Source: Convolutriloba macropyga (taxonomy: Eukaryota). From it: DNA of 64,000 bases. The notes beneath the pieces are model-generated. The model was not told the DNA's origin and searched no databases. It was given only the letters and a program-made list of their open reading frames with translations. Numbering within the stretch: position 1 is the stretch's first letter; every line of letters starts with the position of its first letter. The stretch is from NCBI RefSeq assembly GCF_964194025.1, contig NC_134472.1, positions 36,766,001 through 36,830,000 on the forward strand. The letters run 5' to 3'. Shown in pieces: positions 24,003 through 36,500 of the stretch. Made by a program: the position numbers and the translations under genes.

Positions 24003-24842
24003 ATGTTGAGCAACCCACCGAGTAGCTTTCGATTCATTATATACAGTGCCCAAATTCTACTTCCTGCTCAGCAAACTGTTGAGTCCCTATCGGTCAAGAG
24101 ACGTAAAACAGAACATGCCCAGTTAACCTTGACCGCTCAGCGACAACCGAAAGGCCTAGCTCATTGGATTGACCAATTCACCGATTGGCAGTTTGCAGTC
24201 GTCAACCATGAGCCTAACAAAATTGAACCAAGTGCATCCTTCAGATGGTGTGATGACATCTCCACGGAGCACCAGCACATCATTGTCCATTCAAACGATA
24301 ATCCTAAACACATGGAGAAAACTATCAAGTCCTTTATTCGACATGAAAGCAAAGTACTCAACGAAATCAGAGCACGAGTGTTTGTGCCCCAAAGCGCCTT
24401 TCAGACATTTAATCAACAGTTCTTGCGATTCAACGTATCGGAGATTTCAAGACGAGGAGACATCTTCGAAGAGTTCATACGAAACACTGATTCTTTAGTT
24501 GAAGACATACCAAAGCGAAGCCAGCAAATGGACTTGGTGTGGGAAATTGAGAGATCTAGTCCAGCTCGCAGAACCGAAATCAATACATTAACCGAGTACC
24601 AGAAGCGACTAATTGCAAAAATTGAAAGTCTCGAGAGCACTGACTCCCCATTCAAGGACACCATTGAGGCATTTGTAGACATTCTGGCAGCCGGTTGGGG
24701 ATCATTATACCGAACTGATCATTCAATGTTTATTGAAGTCCATTGTGGACTCACAAATGCACAATGTTCATGTTGGGAATGCTGGGATGCAGCAACGGAG
24801 GATGAAGAAATTATGGAAAAAACCAATGACTCACCAAAGTAA
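24003..24842 (+). CDS. Intact intronless 279-aa protein of unknown function with an HUH-like motif (FAVVNHE...HQHIIVH) and a C-terminal His/Cys cluster; nested in METTL1 intron 1
   Basis: Long uninterrupted ORF in DNA where chance ORFs are short; visibly more GC-rich than its flanks; TATA box upstream; AATAAA at 24941. Confidence 0.7.
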   Translation: MLSNPPSSFRFIIYSAQILLPAQQTVESLSVKRRKTEHAQLTLTAQRQPKGLAHWIDQFTDWQFAVVNHEPNKIEPSASFRWCDDISTEHQHIIVHSNDNPKHMEKTIKSFIRHESKVLNEIRARVFVPQSAFQTFNQQFLRFNVSEISRRGDIFEEFIRNTDSLVEDIPKRSQQMDLVWEIERSSPARRTEINTLTEYQKRLIAKIESLESTDSPFKDTIEAFVDILAAGWGSLYRTDHSMFIEVHCGLTNAQCSCWECWDAATEDEEIMEKTNDSPK

Positions 24843-25829
24843 ACAAAAAACATAACACGAGATAAGAACTATTAGATAACTTGATCATTATCTATTTCAT
24901 ATCCTTTTAAATCAGTCGCATGTTCCAATCTGCTGACATTAATAAAGTTTTGTGTAATTTCAAGCTTGTCTCTCGAGCGTTTCCACAAAACGAAAAGTCG
25001 AAAAACTAACACCATGCCTGCCCTAATGCTAGCATCCTTAAACCTCAGCAGGCTACAACCGAAGCCAACCACTCGCTGGTCGTGAGAGCAAATTGCTCGA
25101 GGTTAGTCGGTTATGTTTTGACAAGAATCTGGTAAGACGATTTTGAATAATTTTATTTGTGGCATTTTGAGCCATTTTGCATCGGTCTGCTGTCATATTT
25201 TTGTGTAAAGATCAATTTTAACTTGATAATTTTTGGGGTGCTCTTTTTGTTCGATGTCAAATTTTCAGAAACATTGATAGGTTTAGAATTGTGCATTTGA
25301 GCTTAATTTGGAAACTCTTTCTAATAGTCTGCTGTGCCTTAAATATTCATCTTTGACATTAAATTTTTGTATAGAGTTTACAGCAAGTTGAATAAGCGGC
25401 TCTCTGATTTAGAAATTGTCCACTGATGTCCGCATTGGCTGCAATCGCAACTTTTCTTTTGAATTTTCAATGCTTACCACGTATGTTCATGAAATTTTGA
25501 TGCAGGGAAGACCATAAATTGAATCGGGTGAAATGATTTGCAATGCAATGTTAAAATTGTTATTATTTTGAGGTAAATGTTTGCTGTTACTTTTTTTTGC
25601 TTGGGCTGAATCATTTTTTGAGGTAACATTTCATAACAAGAGATAGGCAATGAGATCAAATGAACAATTGATACTTTTACTTTTTCTATGCTTGAATATT
25701 CAGGGGAAAAGTTTCTCCATAGTTCCTGCTTTCTACAAGCAACATGAAAATTAATGAACCCAGGGACTTAGTGCCTGACACAAGTGAGCATGTGCCCGAG
25801 TGTTAGGAACAAGAAGTTGTAGAGCAGTT

Positions 25830-25995
25830 GAATCTTTTCCGTTTGTCCCCCCCCCCCCCCTAATACGTTATGCACCCCCAGTTACAGAGCACGTGTCTTT
25901 ACACAGTAAAACATTATGAAAAAATATAGCACGTGCGTCTGGGGGTTGCAAATAATATGCACCCACTAAGCTGGGGGCACAAATGGAAAAGATCC
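25830..25995. mobile_element. MITE related to the 18568-18699 element
   Basis: TIRs G(A)ATCTTTTCCGTTTGTCCCC / GGGGGCACAAATGGAAAAGATCC; shares subterminal CACTAAGC..GGGGG; flanks GAGCAGTT/GAACATTT match 6 of 8 as a decayed TSD. Confidence 0.7.
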
Positions 25996-26384
25996 GAACA
26001 TTTTTATGCGATCTTCGGGCGTTATAACAGTTATAATCTATTCAACTAACACTGCCGTCCAATCTACTTAATTACGTTGTCCTAATCTATTTCACAATTT
26101 GTGGTAGTCTGCTTATTTCCATCGTGCTGCTTCTTGCTCGATTTTAACCAAAATTAAATTGGTTGAGCTGCCTGCGTCTTTTGCTGTTTTTCTGCACTAT
26201 GGGTCTTGTAAACTCTTAATTTCACAGATTCTAATTACATTCAACATGTGAGTTTGTTTTCGATGGATATATTTTTTGACAAACGTATAGGTTTTATAAA
26301 AAAACCAATCAAAGGCCAATTTTTCTGTTTACCAGTTTCTTGTTATCTGAAGTATATAGACAGTTACTATAACTGCTTTTGTAG

Positions 26385-26681
<297 letters not shown>

Positions 26682-27230
26682 TAGTAGCTGTTTCAAAAAT
26701 ACCCACAATTTTGAAAATCATACGAGCCATAGTTGCACTTAATTTGCAATATGTAAACACTTTGATATGATCATATCGCTTGTGAGCGTGGTGGATGTAA
26801 ATAGACCACCCATCAATAGAAAAGATCGTGCATAAACATCGAGGAATTAGTTTTTGCAGGAGTGAACTTAGAAGCTCAAATGGGTGCCCTAGATGTATTA
26901 CTTAATAGTTGAACCTTAAGAATGGTGGGGAATTCTTTCTTGTAATAGCCGAGCCGTTGGTTTATTTAGATATTAAAATTATTTTAAAAGATCTTATACA
27001 AAAGCTCAACGAGATCTTTCCTTGAAGTGAGAGGCTTCTGTCGTGTTAACTGAAATTTTTTAGAAGCTTCAGTTCAGTGTCGTTCAAGTCCTGTCAATGC
27101 AGAAGACTAAGTTGCTATATTGTAATCAGAATTTGGCATGTTTTATGCGCACTATTTGTTTATGTTTATGAATTTTGTCAGCTGTAATTTTTTGCAGTTT
27201 TGGCAGCGACAGGAAATCGTATACTTTTAG

Positions 27231-27383
27231 TGCCTTGATGAGCATCCCTTGTTTGACCCTATTCCGGAAGAAGACATCGAAAATGACCCTGTGGTGCCTT
27301 TTGTGAGAGAGTCAACGGAAGAAGGAAAGAAGGTGGCGAGAAATAATGGCGTCAAACTACTCTGCGTATACGTGCGAAAGTGA
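27231..27383 (+). CDS. METTL1: METTL1 terminal coding exon (50 aa + stop); total protein ~228 aa
   Basis: cttttag acceptor; CLDEHPLF...STEEGKKVARN; TGA at 27381; AATAAA at 27391. Confidence 0.93.
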   Translation, partial: CLDEHPLFDPIPEEDIENDPVVPFVRESTEEGKKVARNNGVKLLCVYVRK

Positions 27384-29610
27384 TATGAGCAATAAAAGTA
27401 TTTAGTTTTAAAAAGAACGTCTTCTGGAGCTGATTTTTTCGATTGAAATTATGTGTTGTCGAGGAAAAGTGCAATACCAATGTGGTCGATAAGTTTTGAT
27501 GCTGTTTTAAATGGGATCAATATGTACCTATTGGTTCTTGTTCCAATTTACACTAAAAGTAATCATGCATTTCGTGGTGCTATTTGGTATTGGTAATTTT
27601 GATTTCTTGAAAGTATCTGAGAAACTTTTGAATGCCAGAACCTAAATTTGAAAACAAACACACCCAGAACGGGTTTGTAGGTGCCCTGGTTCTGAGAGCT
27701 CTTGGACGAAATTTTGTGAGAGGTTACTTTTTAGGTTTCAACAAAATCGTTATGATATAAACATATCAGAAAAGAACGCAAAAAAAATTGCTTGCTTCTG
27801 AAGTTGCTTGCAGGGGAAATTGGGAGATTTAGTGCAAAAATTTAATTTTTTTGCGCTTCATACAAGGCTCTTTTATGTATAAATTTGATGCAGTGGAACT
27901 AACAACACTGATCAGAGTATAAGTAGGGTCAGGGCGGACTAACTGTTTGATGTTCATTCTTCAAATACCACCATTGTGGGCGAACTGACTGACTGACAGT
28001 TAAGGGGGACAGTAGGTGTCTGCACTTACTTCTCGATCTATTTGTATATATTTCCTAAACGGGAATGCCTATGTCATTAAATCAATTGTTAAATGACAGC
28101 TATTGACCAGAAACCGAAATAATTGATCGATATTTGTGTTCGCATTGGTGCTTCTATTTATATGGTACATACATGTCGCCCCCTTTTCGAGAAACTATTA
28201 CTTGTGAAGCTTCTGCTTATGAAATGACTCAAACTGAAATTGTACAAGTTTGTGTTTGGAATGATTGTGTGAGAAAAGTGAAACTATATAGTTTTGTTCA
28301 ACCGTTTTAAGCAGATTAATAAGACTACTAAGTTGAATGTGGAGAATCACCAAGATGCAGATGAGATGAGTTTAAGCAAAGTCTTGGCCGATCCTTTTGA
28401 TGTTTCAAAAGTAGATTCTAGTTCATGTTCTGCTGCTGTGCTGAGTAAACACGCCATTCTTGTTTAATCAATGGTTTCTGTGATGCGCATTCTGCTCGAA
28501 TTAATCGTTCTGTCCTCTATTTCTGCTTCAGCAGCCTCTGAAGCTTTGCATATCCTTGTAATTAATCAACAGCCATTAATTTCTCGGTTATGAGTATTAG
28601 TTTGATAATTGAACGAGGTAAACTCCCATTTGCCGATTAGGAGTTGATTTCTTTCAGGTTAGTCCATTTTGAGACAATGCTCTCGTTTTAATTGATCTTT
28701 TTTTATACCAGTTAAACACCAAGAGAAATTGGGGGATTCAAGTTCTGACCCATCCGATTCGAACTCCTTGAATTCGTAGAGATTAAGTCGCCTTCAATCT
28801 TGTCGAAATTCTTTAACGCCTATGAAATGCCGCTTGTGAAATCAAGTCCCCTGCACATCTAATTTCTTGTATAAATGCTTTCGCGCAGTCAGGTAGACTA
28901 GAATGTTTTTCATTGCTCTCGAATGGGATGCAATTATTGTAAACATGTGTTTCTTTTTACGACTCGAAGAGGGGTATTGAGATCCTACAGGTTTTTTTAG
29001 CTGACCCAAGTTTGTTGATGACTTGAAGAATCGAACTTTTGACATTTTTTTCGAACATTTACTTCTATTTTAGAACGTTGACTTTGTTTAGGGAACATTA
29101 GATTTTAAAACAGTAGCTTAGGTACTACTAGAAACAAGAAGGCTCGGTAATGTGCGATCGCACATAAGGTTCTGACCCCGCTCATCCACAATTTTGGCAT
29201 AATTGTCTACCAAATAAGGAACAGATAGAGAAACCCAAAAATTCAAGTATTTCTCAAAAAAAATTGTTGTTTGAACAGAAAGGTGGCCTCCAAAGCAAAC
29301 AACACAGTGGCTTAAAAAATGATGCATTCGATTGACGAGATATGCCAATATTAAGAAAGCAAGTGAAAACGAACAGCAAAATCGAACAACAACAACAAAC
29401 ATTAATTAGATCAAAAACTTTCTCCGTTTTAAAAAACAAAACTTATAAACAATAACGAAGTCAAAATAGCGTCAGATAAAACTGAAACTAAACAAAATGA
29501 CTGTAATTCACTAGAAAAGATATTAGGGACCAGTCCATAATAAGGCTTAGTAACAATTAGACAATAAAGAACAAAAACAGTAAAGTGACAAAAATTTGCT
29601 GATTGTTTTT

Positions 29611-30133
29611 ATAGCTGCGAAGCTGTAAGCTGAGCGAAGCTATATTGCGGTGCTCTTGGTGTTTTTTTGATTCGTCGTCTGACGCTCTTTTTTCGTTTTA
29701 CATTGTTCACACAGCAAAGCAGAAAAAGTCAAATTTTCTCACTGACTTCTTCCTCTCACTAACGGCATTTGCACGCGTGACGTCATTTCTCACTCGCTTT
29801 AACAAAATTTTTAAGTTATTAGCGTGATTAGATTTTGATCATATGTGACTTACCTCACTCAATAAAATGACTTTAGCACTTTAAAAATTAAATTTAATTT
29901 GAATTTGTTTAAGGTCAAAGGAACTCATTTGTGTAGTAAAGGTCCCTAATAAGAGGCTTCTGCGAAATGAATTTTAACAAGCTTTATTAATTTATCGCTG
30001 AATGTTTTTTACCTAGTTTTTTGAGCGGCGTCGATTTTTTTTCCTATTTAGATCTGTATCTGTTTCTATCTCTATTATATGGCACGCAGGTCTATTCTTT
30101 CGCAGCTATTCCGGCAATCTGCCGGCTATGTTT
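29611..30133 (+). mobile_element. Helentron/DINE-1-like non-autonomous element
   Basis: Perfect subTIR pair ATAGCTGCGAA / TTCGCAGCTAT followed by hairpin CCGGCAATCTGCCGG; T-runs at both ends; last ~170 bp nearly identical to 59063-59234. Confidence 0.75.
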
Positions 30134-31863
30134 AAAACAATTACTTTCAAAATAATGAGAACCAATAGGAATCAACTAACATATACCATAGGTTTACGAT
30201 TAACAATGCTTCTATTGAAGGGAATGAAGAACTGTCGGTAATCAATTTTTTATGAGGTTACAAAAAGAACAACAGAGACAACCAACAAAAAATCAAATAA
30301 AACTTGCCAGAAAACGCTTTCGAAGCCGTAAAGCATACTTTGGCCCTCAAAATATGTTCGATTGTACCTTCCTTGAACACCGATAATGTTTTATGAGACG
30401 TCTCATTATTGAAACTAGGTAACAAGTAGACAAAAGAAAAAAGGCAAAATTAAGTTACTTATCGAAAAAAAATCCAAAGTCATAAAAGCCATATTAATTA
30501 CAAAAGAAAAAATTAAAGATGTTCGTTTATTCTTCTTTATTCTTCCAAAGAAAGCCCTTGAAACTTGCATTTATCCAGAATAGGTTACAAAAAGGACGTC
30601 AAATATGACAAAAATCAAAAACAACTTGACTTTTTTTGTGAAAAACCCGTGTCGAAGCCAGTTAAGTAATAACGAATCCTTTAAAAACATTAGATTTTAT
30701 GACACCAATCCCTTTTGACAGCTTCCCTTGACACCAATGATGTCATATTTGACCTGTAATTAACGAGGCTATGTAACAAAAAGACAATAAATGGAAAGAA
30801 ATTGCGAATTTGAAAAGTGTTCTTTTTTTGGAAAACAATTGTTTTCCAAGTCATGAAATCCATCAGCTATCTACCAATATCAGAACATTGGCTCATATTT
30901 TCTTCCATTAAAAGCCAATGAAACCCGGTCATTGTACAGAAAATTTCAATTGACCAGAAAGACAAAGTAAAAACGACAGTTAAAGACAAAATTTTAAAAA
31001 TTCAATTAAGTTCTTCGAGAAAGTAGTGTCGAAGCAGTTCAAACCATAATCTTTTTCGTTAAGGATTTTAATTTTATCGTTTTTGCCGTATTATGTAACG
31101 CCAATGATGTGATATATGAACTGTCAATTACGTGATTATGTGACAAAACTAGTAAACGTGAAAATTTGGCAATTATCTAAAAATAAAAAAATGTGAAATC
31201 TAGTGGTATCAAAGCCAGAAAACCATAATTAAGTTGGAAAACCGCTATAGAGATTATTACTTAAATAAGTAGAACGAAGAAGCATTTTTTCTTTGCTGAC
31301 ACTAAGCAACAAGTTGACAAATTTAAGAAAAAATAAGGCAAAATTTAAAAACCATTTTTAAAAGTCAAATATTTTTAAAAGTCAAAAACGACCATAAGCT
31401 TCCAAGTCAAAAAACTAGATGCTTTTCTTTGGAGCTGCTTAGGAAGGCAATTGAACCTATCACTACTGAGCTCTGATTTGAAATGCTCTGTTTTTCATTT
31501 AATATGAAAAAGATTGACTAGTTTAATTTAAAAAAAGCCGACTGATTACAATTCGGAACAATTAGGAACTGCCTGTAATGCTCAACGTGAAAAGGTCATT
31601 TGAAGGTGAAGTTTTCTTCCCATAACAGTTTCCTCTCCCTATTCGAACTACAGACACCATCTATCCACCTACTCCCACGCCCCACCTGCTATTCTACTGG
31701 CTATGTTTTTATGCAGATTTTTCTCTTGACCGTTTTTGAGCTTTTCTTCTCGAATAGTCTTTGACTTCTTCACGCATTTCTGATTTTTGAGTGATTTCAA
31801 TTGCTCTTTCCGAAATAAAGTTTATTGTTCAAACAATAACGATTCTTAGAGATGCGATTACAA

Positions 31864-31945
31864 GGACCTGATAGCCGGGTGGTTAATACCACTATCGAGA
31901 TAAAGTAATCGGACTCTGGAGTTCGGGGTTCGAACCCTACCTTCG
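31864..31945 (+). ncRNA. tRNA-like Pol III element within a dispersed repeat
   Basis: A box TAGCCGGGTGG and B box GGTTCGAACCC; upstream context shared with ~54410-54490. Confidence 0.55.
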
Positions 31946-32979
31946 TCTGATATTTTTGCACCCATAAAGAGAAATTAACACCCCGCATGTTATTCGAAGG
32001 CAATTTTTCCGCCGTTTTTCGGTTTATGTCTCCAACCACCAGAAAAATGTAGACCTATAAAAATGATCTTCTCAAGAAAAAGAGTTTTGAAACAAATATT
32101 TTAGTTGTGGGTTCTTCAATTTTTGGACTTGTTATAGATCATATCATGTATACCTTGTTATTATTAGATCTCTTTGAATAATACGTTTTTCCTGAATTTG
32201 ATTTTGAAGTGACATAGTCTGCGATTCTGATTGAAGCAGTATACTTGGAAGTGACTATCCAATTGTGACAATTTCTTCAAAGTACACTTGAAAACATTAG
32301 TCTTCATTGATGACTTTTACTGATCGATATATTTACCGTAGAAATTTGTACTTTGTGTCTTGAGAAAACCTTTTGAGCGTAAATTAATTTCATTGGAGCG
32401 TTTTTGAAAACTGTATAGAAAATTCTTAAGCAAAAGTAAGGTTAATGGCTTGTATGCAGAACTTGTTGCATGAAAGAAATTTCAACTCGCAGTTGCTGTT
32501 TGGGAAGTTTGTTTTTTCTTTTTGAAATAGTTCCCACGAAATGGTTGCGCAAGCTTTCTTAAAACGTGTTGATTTGTCAAGAGATGGAAAACGTCAATAA
32601 AATATTTTTCTCAGAATTTATTTTTCAGTTCCCAAAATTTAAAATTGGTAGAATATTCGTCCACGAGCGATCATTTTTATTAATATCAGTTCTGTTGGAA
32701 TCATCATTGGAATCACTCTCGCCTCATTTCTGGAAAAATCTTGGTGTTTCTCTTGTTACCGCTCCCAAATTTTTCTTGCCACTGATTTACGATCGATCCA
32801 TTGACACGTGAAATTTTGAGTTCGACCCTCTTTGATTGTCCACCATCTTTGGGTCACCAAGATTTCGACAAAGACTCATCTCTTAACGGTTGAGACAAGG
32901 ATTCAAAGATTGGCCTGCTTTTAATATGCCAATATTCTCCCGTCTCGCAATAATCGTGATTGCGGACCTGCGGATTGCT

Positions 32980-33494
32980 ATAACAGAGACTGATAGCGAT
33001 AACCTGGCTAAAAGCTACAGATAACCCCACAGGGTGCGAACTTGTTGGCCGGAGTGGCGATACGTTTGAGGGTCTTACGAACTGTTTGAAAACCCAACAA
33101 GGGACTCCAAAGCCAAAGGGATGATTTTAATTCCAACTTCGCTACGTTTCTGGGCGTACTGTTCGTACTTTGTCCTCAGCAGCTAACAGTGCAAAACCAC
33201 TCTTGTCCGCCTCCATTGCGATTAGGCTTGGTTGCTAGGGGATGTTACGGTAACATCCAATACTGCTGGCTGACCTGCATTCAATACAGGTAAGAATTTG
33301 TAGCCTGGTCTAGAGTTGTTCCGTATTAAACTCATCTGCTCACAGATGGACAAATGGGCTACCAAGCAAGCTAATATAATTCTTTCTCGTATACGATCAT
33401 GACGTGCGATCATATCACTCCGACATGACCCGGCATGATCTCCCATTACTTCCAGGGTCCCAGATTTAAAGAATGGACATTTTATACTGTTTAA
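32980..33494 (-). mobile_element. 3' part of a CRE-like non-LTR retrotransposon (zinc knuckle + restriction-like endonuclease)
   Basis: MGDHAGSC..RHDRIR..RPG..AVLDVTVTSP, then YEQYAQK..IIPLALESL. Confidence 0.78.
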
Positions 33495-33901
33495 TGTCGG
33501 TTAATGGGAACGCAGAGACAAATCTTGTAATCAAATAGATAAATTAGAAATAATGGTTGACAACTGTGGCGATTAACACGAAATTCAGTTCATATTTTTT
33601 ACCCCAAATTACCGCACTTTTACATTCATGGTGATCACCTTTAATTTATAACTTCCTTGACTTCTTATGACATCCGATCTTAACTAGCTATCTACTCTGA
33701 TAATTTACTTCTCTAAAAGATCAAGGGTCATCATATCACACATAACAATATGAAAAGTTGGGGACAAATCTAGTATAAATAGCACGTGTTAGCTCCTTGT
33801 TGCATTCACTCGTTTCATAAATAACCAAGATGTAAATCAGCACGTGGATGAGGTACGTATATCTTTCCATACTTTAAACAATTAACATTATACTTTCAAC
33901 A
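33495..33901 (-). repeat. 3' LTR of the copia element, preceded on the minus strand by PPT AGGAGGAG (33902-33909)
   Basis: Direct repeat of 38712-39118 with about 8 substitutions. Confidence 0.95.
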
Positions 33902-33915
33902 CTCCTCCTATCATG

Positions 33916-35403
33916 TTAAGTGTTTGTTCCGAGAAGGACATCACGAAAAAGTGATACTTTGGTCCTCCCCAATGCTTTTGTAAGTGTGTCTGCCGGCATG
34001 CGATCGGTAGGTAAGTAGTTTAGCTCTAATAGTCGACTTTGGACTAAATTCCGAACGAAGTGCACTTTTAATGAAAAGTGCTTTGTCTTTCCGTTATTCA
34101 TCGAGTTTTTACTTAGAGCAATACAAGCTTGGTTGTCTACAAAGACGTTTACTGGCTGCTGGATTTCTAAATCTAATTCACGTAATAGGTTAACTAAATG
34201 TACTGCTTCTTTACTGGCCTCTACTACGGCGTTAAGCTCAGCCTCAGCTGTTGAAGTAGATACACACTTTTGTAACTTGCTAGCCCAACTGATTGCACCT
34301 GAACTATTATTAAGTTTAAAACAAAAACCACATGTACTTTTTCTATTGTCTATGTTGCCTGCCCAATCTGAGTCTGAAAATCCTGTTAAATCCAGTTTCT
34401 CACTTTTTCTAAAAACCATCTTCTCTGATTTTGTACCTTTTAGGTAACGTAAACACCCTTTTGCCGCATTCCAATGGCGCCTTCCAGGATTTTCAACAAA
34501 CGAACTCAATAAATTGGCTGCGTGCGCAATATCTGGTCTACTTGTTAATGCCAAATACTTCAAACATCCCACTATACCCCTATAATCACATGATTGCATT
34601 TCTCTATGCTCATTGCTGCCTATTTCTGGTGAATCTAATTTTGATAGTTTCAGGCTAACATCTAATGGTGTTTCCAGTGTCTTTGATTCGCTCATGTTAA
34701 ACTTCTCTTGTAATTTTTCTACATATGCTTCTTGGCTTAGCATAATATCGTTTTGTGTTCGCTCAATTTTTATATTTGAGAACCAGCTAAGATCTCCATA
34801 ACTGCTAATTTGAAATTGCTCACTAACTTTATTTTTAAAGTTTTCACAAAAGTCTTCCTGCAATCCTAATATCACCATATCATCTACCCAAAGACACACT
34901 AATCCCTCTATACCATTTTCTCCTTTCTTTATGAAAAGACACTCATCTTGAATAGCCGGCGTGAAACCTAATTGGTTGAGAAAAGTTTTGATTGTTAAGT
35001 ACCAATTTCTACCGGACTGTTTCAATCCATATAAACTTTTCCTCAGCTTACAAATTAAAGGATTTCCTTGCTTGTCAAACTTTTCAAACCCTTCGGGCTG
35101 TTGCATAAAGATTTCTTCTTCGATGTCAGCGTTCAAGTATGCTGTTTTGATATCCATTTGTTTTAACTCGGTGTTTTTATATACTGCGTAGCTTATCAGT
35201 ACTCGAATTGTTGAGAGGCGTGTTGTTGGTGAGTAGGTTTCGTTGTAATCCCGACCTGGAACTTCGCTAAATCCTTTTGCTACGAATCTTGCCTTATACC
35301 TTGTTATCTCCCCACTAGGACCAAACTTAAGAGCAAAGTGCCAGCGGCTACCAATGGGTTTATTTCCTTTGTTCTCTACCAGCTCCCAAACTTTATTTTC
35401 CAC
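33916..35403 (-). CDS. Copia reverse transcriptase (RVT_2) + RNase H, separated from the upstream pol by a stop codon
   Basis: YKARFVAKGF, QMDIKTAYLN, LRKSLYGLKQSGRNW, WVDD, FSDSDWAG, STAEAE, ADTLTKAL. Confidence 0.93.
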   Translation of the reverse strand: MENKVWELVENKGNKPIGSRWHFALKFGPSGEITRYKARFVAKGFSEVPGRDYNETYSPTTRLSTIRVLISYAVYKNTELKQMDIKTAYLNADIEEEIFMQQPEGFEKFDKQGNPLICKLRKSLYGLKQSGRNWYLTIKTFLNQLGFTPAIQDECLFIKKGENGIEGLVCLWVDDMVILGLQEDFCENFKNKVSEQFQISSYGDLSWFSNIKIERTQNDIMLSQEAYVEKLQEKFNMSESKTLETPLDVSLKLSKLDSPEIGSNEHREMQSCDYRGIVGCLKYLALTSRPDIAHAANLLSSFVENPGRRHWNAAKGCLRYLKGTKSEKMVFRKSEKLDLTGFSDSDWAGNIDNRKSTCGFCFKLNNSSGAISWASKLQKCVSTSTAEAELNAVVEASKEAVHLVNLLRELDLEIQQPVNVFVDNQACIALSKNSMNNGKTKHFSLKVHFVRNLVQSRLLELNYLPTDRMPADTLTKALGRTKVSLFRDVLLGTNT

Positions 35404-35412
35404 TAATGAGTT

Positions 35413-36450
35413 TTATTCCAACTTCATTGCCTCGTACCAGTTTTTATCCCTAATTGCTTCATCAATAGACTTAGGTAGCAATTCGTTGTTAACAATTTCA
35501 CCAAGGAAAGCTACCGGGTTTAAATCTCTATCACCATCTGAATGATGCTTGTTGACTATCTGCTCTTTCTTTTCTTTGACTTCAATAAACATTTCGTTTT
35601 CGTTGAAAGTTACATTGCGGGATTTTCTAACCTTAAAGACCCCTTTGTCATTTGGAATACCTACCAGATAAGTCTTACTATTGTCTGAAGACCCTAAGAA
35701 TATTCCTTTTTGAGAAGTTCTATCAATCTTACCACGAAATTTTTTTTCAACATGAACGAAAGCTGAACAACCAAACACTTTGATTGATTCTAAGTTAGGT
35801 TTCTTCTTGTACATTGCCTCAAAAGGTGTCTTCTGAATACCTGAATGGAAACAAAAATTTTCAATCTCACTTGCCATGTTAAGTGCATATGGCCAATACT
35901 CTTTTTGTAAACCTGACTGCTCAATAAGACATCTAGCCATTGGGGTGATTGTCCCCCAATTCCTCTCAACCTTTCCGTTTTCTTGTGGTGTATACGGTGC
36001 CGAGAACTCAACCCTAATGCTTTTTCGTCAACATAATTGTTTTATGTCATTTGACACATATTCCCCTGCACCGTCACAAACTAAGGTTCCTGGTTGTCCT
36101 ATGTCTGCAAAGAACTGTTCATTTTTTTCAAAGGCCTCGTCCCTTGTCCTCAAAAAATATAGTTTCTGATATCTGCTAAAACTATCCACGAACCCTATTG
36201 CATACCTATGACCATCAACCGCTTCCGGTTGGATGGGCCCTAATATGTCGGTATGAACAATTTCTAAGACTTCACTTGCTCTTGTTCCTGAGTCTCTTGG
36301 TACTGGAAGTTTCTTTGATTTATTTAGCTGACATATTTATCAGTTTGCTAAATCATGCTCGTTTACTTTTAGCCCCACTGCGTGATCTTTTAATTTGTAT
36401 ATGTCCTCAACATTGTTATGACCCAAACGCTTATGCCACAAACTAAGGGG
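35413..36450 (-). pseudogene. Copia integrase region, frameshifted
   Basis: LWHKRLGHNN; APYTPQENGKVERNW; KVFGCSAFVH; SRNVTFNE. Confidence 0.88.
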
Positions 36451-36500
36451 ATCTCCATTTGCTAAGTTGAACTGCTCGCCGTAATCAATGTTGTGCCAGA

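Noticed and set aside
24169-24498. Overlapping alternative-frame ORF inside the 279-aa gene, reminiscent of densoviral NS2
   Set aside because: Short, with no independent support; compatible with chance in GC-richer coding DNA
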